From: Candidatus Omnitrophota bacterium | GTDB taxonomy: Bacteria; Omnitrophota; Gorgyraeia; JABMRN01; RBG-13-46-9 | Direction: 5' to 3' | Length of the DNA stretch: 18,277 bases | Assembly (NCBI GenBank): GCA_013203315.1 | Contig: JABMQJ010000023.1 | Location: 1-18,277, forward strand | Shown here: positions 1 to 5,687 of the stretch, piece by piece | Layout of the letters: each line of letters begins with the position of its first letter | How positions within the stretch are numbered: the stretch's first letter is position 1 | Position numbers and translations under genes: made by a program | Notes under the pieces: model-generated | Told to the model about the DNA's origin: nothing | The model's input: the letters and a program-made list of their open reading frames with translations, nothing else | Database searches by the model: none

Positions 1-9
1 CGAAAATTT

Positions 10-86
10 GGGCACATGGCTTAGTTGGTTAAAGCGCTGCCCTCACATGGCAGAGATCGAAGGGTCAAATCCTTCTGTGCCCACCA
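10..86 (+). tRNA. tRNA-Val, anticodon CAC, encoded CCA end
   Basis: Full cloverleaf: acceptor GGGCACA(10-16)/TGTGCCC(76-82), D-stem GCTT/AAGC, anticodon stem CTGCC/GGCAG with loop CT-CAC-AT (CAC 44-46), T-stem GAAGG/CCTTC, discriminator A83, CCA 84-86. The T-loop reads GTCAAAT instead of TTCRAAT. Confidence 0.95.
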
Positions 87-113
87 GATTTGCGAACGTA
101 GCGAGCAAATCTG
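85..113. repeat. 9-bp inverted repeat directly 3' of the tRNA
   Basis: CAGATTTGC(85-93)/GCAAATCTG(105-113) around GAACGTAGCGA. No U-tract follows, so it is not a typical intrinsic terminator. Confidence 0.6.
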
Positions 114-175
114 TCACGAGGAGTAATTCATATTGACGAGGGGCAACGCAACCTAACGGAGTAAGCACAAAAACT

Positions 176-895
176 ATGGTAACGATAAGCATGGAAGAAC
201 AGATAAAGATGTTGATCGAGTTACAGGCGCTCGACAGCGAAATATTCAACAAAAAAAGGTTTTTAGAGTCCATTCCTGAGAAACTGAAAGAATTTGACAA
301 AATTATTGAAGAAAAATCTGCAAATCTCAAGAACCTGGAAGAGGAATCCAAGAATGTCCAGGTTAAGCACAAAGAAAAAGAAATGGATCTGAAAATGAAA
401 GAAGAAACAATAAAAAAGCATCAGGGGCAACTGTACCAGGTCAAAACAAATCAGGAATACAAGGCTTTGGAAAAGGAGATAGGCAGCGTAAAAGCGGACG
501 TGTCTTTACTGGAAGAAGAAATTATCAATATGCTTGAGAAGGTTGATCAAATTAAAAAAGACGTTGTCAAAGAAAAAGACATGCTCGAAGGCGAGAAAAA
601 GAAAATCCAGGAAGAGAAGCAAAAAATTGAGATAGAGAAAAAAGCTGCCGAAGAAGAATTTAATAACCTGAATAATATGCGTAAAGAATTTACGGAAAAA
701 ATAGATAAAAATACCTTATCAAAATACGAAAGAATTCTAAAAAACAGGGACGGCCTGGCCATGGTGCCTGTGATAGCCGATGCCTGCGGTGGTTGCAACA
801 TGAATTTACCGGCTCAGGTAATAAACGAAGCCAAGCTGAAAAAAGGCCTTACCCTCTGCGGTAATTGCGCCAGAATTCTATATTCGGAAGGATAA
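176..895 (+). CDS. Coiled-coil protein with C-terminal C4-type zinc ribbon (DUF164 / CT398-CdsZ / HP0958-like family)
   Basis: 239 aa. LIELQALDSEI near the N-terminus, long E/K-rich coiled coil, KTNQEYKALEKEI hairpin motif, C-terminal CGGC...CGNCARILY. Confidence 0.92.
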   Translation: MVTISMEEQIKMLIELQALDSEIFNKKRFLESIPEKLKEFDKIIEEKSANLKNLEEESKNVQVKHKEKEMDLKMKEETIKKHQGQLYQVKTNQEYKALEKEIGSVKADVSLLEEEIINMLEKVDQIKKDVVKEKDMLEGEKKKIQEEKQKIEIEKKAAEEEFNNLNNMRKEFTEKIDKNTLSKYERILKNRDGLAMVPVIADACGGCNMNLPAQVINEAKLKKGLTLCGNCARILYSEG

Positions 896-1305
896 TGAAA
901 AAGCTAACGCTGTATGTTGACGGAGGCTCAAGGGGTAACCCCGGTCCCTCCGGAATAGGCGTTGTTATATTAGACCCAAAAGGGCAAAGGGTAAAAGAAT
1001 TTAAAAAATATATAGGCATTGCGACAAATAATATTGCCGAATATAACGCGGTAATTTATGGCTTGCAGGAAGCGCTGATAGAAAAAGCAACAGAGATAGA
1101 GCTAAACCTTGATAGTGAGCTCGTGGCCCAACAGCTAAAAGGCGAATATAAGGTAAAAAATTCTAATATTAAACCTCTATTCGAGCAGGCGCTTCACCTT
1201 ATATCCGGATTCAAAAAAGTCGATATAAGGCATATTGATAGGGCAAAGAATAAAGAAGCGGATAAGCTTGTCAATAAAGCCATAAATCTTGGCGGTCTTT
1301 TATAG
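895..1305 (+). CDS. rnhA: Ribonuclease HI family protein (short type, similar to the Rv2228c N-terminal domain)
   Basis: Motifs YVDGGSRGNPG, TNNIAEY, LDSELV and NKEADKLVN supply the D/E/D/D catalytic set. Start placed at ATG 895, which overlaps the upstream stop (TAATG), rather than at 865. 136 aa. Confidence 0.9.
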   Translation: MKKLTLYVDGGSRGNPGPSGIGVVILDPKGQRVKEFKKYIGIATNNIAEYNAVIYGLQEALIEKATEIELNLDSELVAQQLKGEYKVKNSNIKPLFEQALHLISGFKKVDIRHIDRAKNKEADKLVNKAINLGGLL

Positions 1306-1307
1306 TT

Positions 1308-1714
1308 TAGCAGAGTAGGTCGGGTGGTCGCCCTTATGTCAACTTTGTTGACGCAAGGGAGGAAAGTCCGAGCTCCGGAGAGCAGCGTAGCGGCTAACAG
1401 CCGTCCATCGAAAGGTGAGGACTTCCCCCGTGGCGCTTTAGCGCCACTCGGGACGATTGCCAACGAAAATGCGGCAATCGAGAGCCACAGAGACGAGTCT
1501 CTCCGCCTATGGCGGAGAGGGTGAAACGCGGCAATCTCTACGCGGAGCAAGGCCGAATAAATCCCGATCAAGGAGTTGCTCATTCCTACTGAGAGTTATC
1601 AGTATCGGGAAGGGTAGGCTGCACGAGGCTGGCAGTAATGGCAGCCCTAGATAGATGGCCATCGGCGGGCGTAACGCCCGCGCACAGAACTCGGCTTACA
1701 GGCCTACTCTGCTA
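1308..1714 (+). ncRNA. rnpB: RNase P RNA, bacterial type A variant
   Basis: Universal motifs GAGGAAAGTCCGAGCTCC (~1359-1376), CCACAGAGACGA, GGTGAAAC, GGAGCAAGGCC, CTAGATAGATG and ACAGAACTCGGCTTA. P1 is TAGCAGAGTAGGTC(1308-1321)/GGCCTACTCTGCTA(1701-1714). P6 GAGC/GCTC, P16, P17, P18 and P19 are recognisable. Mature ends are uncertain by a few nt. Confidence 0.97.
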
Positions 1715-1728
1715 TTCTTTTTTTTCTT
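1715..1728 (+). terminator. U-tract immediately after rnpB, probable transcript end
   Basis: TTCTTTTTTTTCTT directly follows the 3' strand of P1. No separate local GC hairpin seen. Confidence 0.4.
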
Positions 1729-1773
1729 CCCTCCAAAATACAAAAATCCTTACTTAGAAGCTTGTACGGCATG

Positions 1774-1815
1774 CTATATTCTAACGGAATGAGAGGGTAT
1801 TCCGTTAGAATATAG
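1774..1815. repeat. Perfect 17-bp inverted repeat with 8-nt loop, MITE/REP-like element (copy 1)
   Basis: CTATATTCTAACGGAAT(1774-1790)-GAGAGGGT-ATTCCGTTAGAATATAG(1799-1815). Positions 1775-1801 recur at 18193-18219 with 26/27 identity. Confidence 0.85.
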
Positions 1816-1888
1816 AAGAAAAGTGCTATTTTTTGCTTTCTCCTAACCCCTTTATTTCTCAATACCTTGCGCGAAATATACCCCCGGG

Positions 1889-1904
1889 ACACTATATGTA
1901 GTAT
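1889..1904. promoter_or_regulatory. Possible single NrdR-box-like palindrome
   Basis: ACACTATATGTAGTAT resembles the NrdR consensus acaCwAtATaTwGtgt. No tandem partner seen at the usual ~31-32 bp spacing. Confidence 0.35.
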
Positions 1905-1951
1905 CTGTCCCAACTTACTAAAAAACTTTAAAAAAAGCCAGATTTGCACTC

Positions 1952-1980
1952 TTGACAAAGGTGGAGCGCTAGTGTATATT
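1952..1980 (+). promoter_or_regulatory. Sigma70-type promoter of the dcw operon
   Basis: -35 TTGACA (1952-1957), 17-nt spacer, -10 TATATT (1975-1980), 43 nt upstream of the mraZ ATG. Confidence 0.8.
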
Positions 1981-1990
1981 TGGTTACGTA

Positions 1991-2020
1991 AGTGGCGCAA
2001 AATGGAGCAAAGTGGAGTAA
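1991..2020 (+). promoter_or_regulatory. MraZ-binding direct repeats (dcw box), three units at 10-bp period
   Basis: AGTGGCGCAA-AATGGAGCAA-AGTGGAGTAA matches the GTGG(A/T)G plus 4-nt spacer arrangement known for MraZ operators. A further GTGGAG lies at 1961-1966 in the promoter spacer. Confidence 0.85.
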
Positions 2021-2023
2021 TAA

Positions 2024-2464
2024 ATGTTTTACGGCGAACACGAACATAAGCTAGACAAGAAGCAGCGGATCATAATCCCCTCGGATTTCAGGGAAGTGAG
2101 TAAGGAAAATTATATCGAGAAGTTTTATATAACGAGGGGGTTGGATATCTGTATTTTTATGTTTCCCGAAGAAGAGTGGAAAGCGCAGGAAGCAAAATTT
2201 AAAGGTCTTTCCTTTACAAAAAGAGAAACGAGAAAATTTAACCGGCTTTTCTTTTCGGGCGCGGTTCTGGCCGTACCGGATAAGCAGGGCAGAATACTTA
2301 TACCGAACTACCTTAAGAATTATGCAGGCATAAAAAAAGAAATAATGATAATAGGCGTTTCTAATCGGATTGAGATTTGGAGCAAAGAAAAGTGGGAGGA
2401 GTTTTATGCCGGCTCCAAAGATGCGTTTGAGGATATCGCGGAAAAATTGATAGATCTGGAATAA
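2024..2464 (+). CDS. mraZ: Division/cell wall cluster transcriptional repressor MraZ
   Basis: 146 aa. MFYGEHEHKLDKKQRIIIP and DKQGRILIP (two DxxGR-type motifs, the first degenerate), IGVSNRIEIW. SD GGAG at 2014-2017. Confidence 0.97.
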   Translation: MFYGEHEHKLDKKQRIIIPSDFREVSKENYIEKFYITRGLDICIFMFPEEEWKAQEAKFKGLSFTKRETRKFNRLFFSGAVLAVPDKQGRILIPNYLKNYAGIKKEIMIIGVSNRIEIWSKEKWEEFYAGSKDAFEDIAEKLIDLE

Positions 2465-2482
2465 AAGAAAGAGGTGATAGCC

Positions 2483-2659
2483 ATGTTTACATTTAGTGTT
2501 GTAAAAAAACTGGGAGAGGGGAATTATTTAAGCGAAGGCCGTTTTATTATCGAAAGAGTCAGAAGAGAAAACGCACTAAACATGCACACTTTTAAACGCG
2601 ACGACAATAAGTCTAAGGCCAAGTCTATTAAGAAAAATGGAAAACAAAAGCCCTCATAA
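2483..2659 (+). CDS. Small hypothetical basic protein (58 aa)
   Basis: Strong SD GAGGTG (2471-2476) 6 nt before ATG 2483. The ORF fills the mraZ-rsmH gap and overlaps the rsmH start by 23 nt. No family recognised. Confidence 0.6.
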   Translation: MFTFSVVKKLGEGNYLSEGRFIIERVRRENALNMHTFKRDDNKSKAKSIKKNGKQKPS

Positions 2660-3536
2660 GCCGGTAATGGCGAGTGAAGCAATAGGCTTGCTGCAATTAA
2701 AAAATGGTTACAAAGTTTTAGATGCGACAACAGGGTGCGGGGGGCACGCAAGCTTCATATTAGATAAAATCCGGCCCGACGGTGTTTTGATAGGCGTAGA
2801 CCGCGATCAAAACACCCTTAAAATTGCAGAAGAAAGATTAAGTGAATTCGGCGGAACGGTGAAATTAAGACACGCGAATTTTCAGGACTTTGACAAAGTT
2901 CTTTTAAGTTTAGGCATCGAAAAAATTGATGCGGCGCTCTTTGATTTGGGTATTTCGAGCTACCAAATAGGCCAGCCTAACCGCGGGTTTAGTTTTGAGA
3001 ACGACGGTTTTCTTGATATGCGCATGGATCCGGAAGAAAAGCTTCGCGCTTATGACATCGTGAATAAATACAAGGGAGAAGATCTTGAAGAGATTATTCG
3101 CGATTACGGCCAGGAGCGGTATTTCAGGAGGATTACCGGTTTTATTCTGGAGGAAAGAAAAAGAGGCGCGATAAATTCCACGCGCGAACTTACAGAGCTC
3201 ATAAGGCATGCGGTTGGCGCCAGATACAGGTCGCAAAGAATACATCCGGCAACAAGAACATTCCAGGCGCTACGGATTGCAGTTAATAACGAGCTAAATT
3301 GCCTGGATAAAGCCATGGTTAAGATCGCGGATTTCTTAGGTCCGGGCAAAAGAGCCGCTGTTATATCTTTTCACTCGCTCGAAGACAGGATTGTTAAAAT
3401 TCGCTTCAGGGAGTTTGAAAAAAGCAAAAAGGGAAAAAGGGTCACAAAAAAACCGCTTACACCCACAAGCGAAGAAATAAGGGAAAACCCCCGCGCAAGA
3501 AGCGCGAAACTGCGGGTTTATGAAAGTAGCGTGTAA
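2637..3536 (+). CDS. rsmH: 16S rRNA m4C1402 methyltransferase RsmH (MraW)
   Basis: HKPVM, DATTGCGGHA, DLGISSYQ, LDMRMD, HPATRTFQALRIAVNNEL, ISFHSLEDRIVK, NPRARSAKLR. Confidence 0.98.
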   Translation: MENKSPHKPVMASEAIGLLQLKNGYKVLDATTGCGGHASFILDKIRPDGVLIGVDRDQNTLKIAEERLSEFGGTVKLRHANFQDFDKVLLSLGIEKIDAALFDLGISSYQIGQPNRGFSFENDGFLDMRMDPEEKLRAYDIVNKYKGEDLEEIIRDYGQERYFRRITGFILEERKRGAINSTRELTELIRHAVGARYRSQRIHPATRTFQALRIAVNNELNCLDKAMVKIADFLGPGKRAAVISFHSLEDRIVKIRFREFEKSKKGKRVTKKPLTPTSEEIRENPRARSAKLRVYESSV

Positions 3537-3539
3537 ACC

Positions 3540-3938
3540 ATGATAGAATCACGCCTTTTTAAAAACATTATATGTATAATATTATGTGCAGTAAGTGCGC
3601 TTTTTTACGTTCACCAGGAGGTGGAGATTATTAAAACAGGACTATGCATAAATGAAAACCGCCGCGAAGTATCCTTCCTGCTTGACCAATACCGCTCTTT
3701 GGTATATAATCTTTCCAGGTTGGAATCGCCAAAGAGGGTTGAGGATACGCTTTCCGAAAGCGAGATCATGCTTTGCATGCCGAAAATTGAAAACATACGC
3801 CACTTTGACAGGATAAGCAAGACGTATGCCGAAGGCAGTCAAAGCAAAAAAGGTAAAGAATCTCTTTTGGCGCGTATATTTGACCGCTTTTCTACAAAAG
3901 CAGAAGCAAAGGTTATCACGAACAGCTATAAGCCTTAA
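3540..3938 (+). CDS. ftsL: Divergent FtsL-like bitopic cell division protein with C-terminal extension
   Basis: Occupies the ftsL position between rsmH and ftsI. Short N-terminus, one TM segment (IICIILCAVSALFYV), heptad-like region, LESPKRVE resembling the FtsL L-x-x-P-x-R-I/V-E motif. Confidence 0.7.
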   Translation: MIESRLFKNIICIILCAVSALFYVHQEVEIIKTGLCINENRREVSFLLDQYRSLVYNLSRLESPKRVEDTLSESEIMLCMPKIENIRHFDRISKTYAEGSQSKKGKESLLARIFDRFSTKAEAKVITNSYKP

Positions 3939-3965
3939 GCCATAAGCTGTAAGCCTCTAGCTCAA
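3924..3965 (+). repeat. Degenerate 7-bp tandem repeat, 6 units
   Basis: AGCTATA AGCCTTA AGCCATA AGCTGTA AGCCTCT AGCTCAA, spanning the ftsL stop and the ftsL-ftsI spacer. Confidence 0.8.
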
Positions 3966-3983
3966 AAACTCTTCTGACAAATC

Positions 3984-5687
3984 GTGCATATAAACTTTAG
4001 TAAAACTCGCCAAATTCTTGTTTTTATTTTATTCATTTCTCTATTTACTATCCTTTTTGCGCGCCTATTATATATACAAATTATGAGAAGTAAGCCATTA
4101 AGAGATATGGCTTACCAGCAGCATAAGATTTTCGTTAAGCTCAATCCCAAGCGCGGCACGATGTATGACAGAAGAAACAGGGTATTGGCAATCTATCTGG
4201 ACACCGCGTCTATTTATGCAGTGCCAAAAGAGATAAGTGATAAAGAAAATACCGCATTCATTTTAGCGGAAGAATTAGGACTGGACGAAACGGATATTTT
4301 AAAAAAGCTCGAAAAAGACAATTACTTTGCCTGGATAAAAAGAAGGGTCGATACTGATACCGCGCAAAAAATAAAGGCACTTGGCTTGAAAGGGGTAGAT
4401 CTTACAAGCGAACCAAAAAGATTTTATCCCGGAGGAAAGCTTGCGTGTCACGTGCTGGGCATAACGAATATCGACAATAAGGGCATTGAGGGCCTTGAGC
4501 TTTACTATAACAGAGAGCTCTCCGGAGAGTACGGCTTTAGGCGTTCCATGAAAGACGCTAAGAAAAGGGAAATTATTTCTTTTGAAAAAGATGCCCTTCC
4601 TGCGCGCGACGGTGAAAGCCTTGTTCTTACCATTGACGAGGTTATACAGCATATCATTGAGCAGGAAGCGGAAAAAATTGTAAGCCTGCACAAACCAAAA
4701 GCTGTTTCCATAGTTGCCGAGAAACCCCAAACAGGCGAAATTCTCGGGCTTGCCGTTTATCCGTGGTTTGATCTGAATAACACCGGTAATATTAAAGCGG
4801 ATGCTTTAAGAAACAGGGCCATATCGGATTCCTTTGAGCCGGGAAGTGTATTTAAAATAATTACCGCAAGCGCAGTCCTGGAGGAAGGCGTCGCTGATTT
4901 CGATAGTGAATTTTTTTGCGAAAACGGAGCCTATAAGGTTGGTAATCGCGTTCTTCATGACTATAAACCTCACGGCACGCTCAATTTTCGGGAAATCATA
5001 GAAAAGTCAAGCAATATAGGCACAGTTAAGGTAGCAGCGCTTCTGGGGAAAGAAAAGTTATCCGCTTATATAAAACGATTCAATTTCGGAAGCCTAGTAG
5101 ACATAGATCTGCCCGGAGAGGTTTCCGGGATAATGCGTGATCCGTCAGGTTGGTCGAGCTCGGATATGACCACAATACCTATGGGGCAGGGCATTGCGAT
5201 CACGGCCGTGCAACTCGTTTCGTGTGTTTCTGTTATTGCAAACGGGGGCGTTCTAATGCGTCCGTACGTTGTTAGTAGGTTCTTAAATGCCGAAGGCGCC
5301 ACGATCGGTGAAAACAAACCAAAACCCATAAGGCGCGTAATTTCGAAAGAAACAGCGCATAAAGTCAAGGAGTTGATGGAGGGCGTTGTCCTGCGCGGCA
5401 CGGGTAAGCCGGCGGGACTTTCGAACTTCAGAGCGGGGGGTAAGACCGGAACAGCCCAGAAGGTAAGCCCGCGAGGCGGCTATTATAAAAATAAATATAT
5501 CGCTTCTTTTGTAGGATTCGCGCCGTTTGATAAACCCAGAGTATCTTTAGTCATTTGCGTGGATGAACCCAGAGGGCAGCACTTTGGTAGCCGCGTGGCA
5601 GGGCCGGCATTTAAGAACATAATGGAAAAAATATTGTCTTACATGGAAGTCGAGAGCGATAAAGTTGAAATTAAAAAAACTTCTTAA
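3984..5687 (+). CDS. ftsI: Class B penicillin-binding protein (divisome transpeptidase FtsI/PBP3)
   Basis: N-terminal TM, RGTMYDRRN, RFYPGG, GIEGLE, LTID, active-site motifs EPGSVFK (SxxK), SSN and KTGT. No PASTA domains. GTG start. Confidence 0.95.
   Translation: MHINFSKTRQILVFILFISLFTILFARLLYIQIMRSKPLRDMAYQQHKIFVKLNPKRGTMYDRRNRVLAIYLDTASIYAVPKEISDKENTAFILAEELGLDETDILKKLEKDNYFAWIKRRVDTDTAQKIKALGLKGVDLTSEPKRFYPGGKLACHVLGITNIDNKGIEGLELYYNRELSGEYGFRRSMKDAKKREIISFEKDALPARDGESLVLTIDEVIQHIIEQEAEKIVSLHKPKAVSIVAEKPQTGEILGLAVYPWFDLNNTGNIKADALRNRAISDSFEPGSVFKIITASAVLEEGVADFDSEFFCENGAYKVGNRVLHDYKPHGTLNFREIIEKSSNIGTVKVAALLGKEKLSAYIKRFNFGSLVDIDLPGEVSGIMRDPSGWSSSDMTTIPMGQGIAITAVQLVSCVSVIANGGVLMRPYVVSRFLNAEGATIGENKPKPIRRVISKETAHKVKELMEGVVLRGTGKPAGLSNFRAGGKTGTAQKVSPRGGYYKNKYIASFVGFAPFDKPRVSLVICVDEPRGQHFGSRVAGPAFKNIMEKILSYMEVESDKVEIKKTS

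Noticed and set aside
865-894. Longer N-terminus for the RNase HI ORF (start 865)
   Set aside because: It overlaps the zinc-ribbon C-terminus. The RNase H fold starts right after ATG 895, which is coupled to the upstream stop.
1194-1654. ORFs 1194-1583(-), 1324-1524(+) and 1457-1654(+)
   Set aside because: They lie over the GC-rich rnpB gene and show no protein features.
1774-1815. 17-bp hairpin as an intrinsic terminator or CRISPR repeat
   Set aside because: The stem is AT-rich with no + strand U-tract (only a broken one on the - strand). There is no repeat-spacer array and no cas gene.
1842-1871. CCTAACCCCTTTATTTCTCAATACCTTGCG, loosely like a recombinase or regulator dyad site
   Set aside because: The dyad symmetry is poor and no cognate factor or second copy is visible.
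1914-1937. Similarity to the reverse complement of the window end (CTTACTAAAA...)
   Set aside because: Only 10 contiguous matches in low-complexity AT-rich DNA, not distinguishable from chance.
1704-2049. ORFs 1704-2000(-) and 1867-2049(+)
   Set aside because: They run through the palindrome, promoter and MraZ boxes, with no SD or recognisable domain.
2474-2482. GTG start at 2474 for the small ORF
   Set aside because: This GTG is part of the SD (GAGGTG). ATG 2483 is the properly spaced start.
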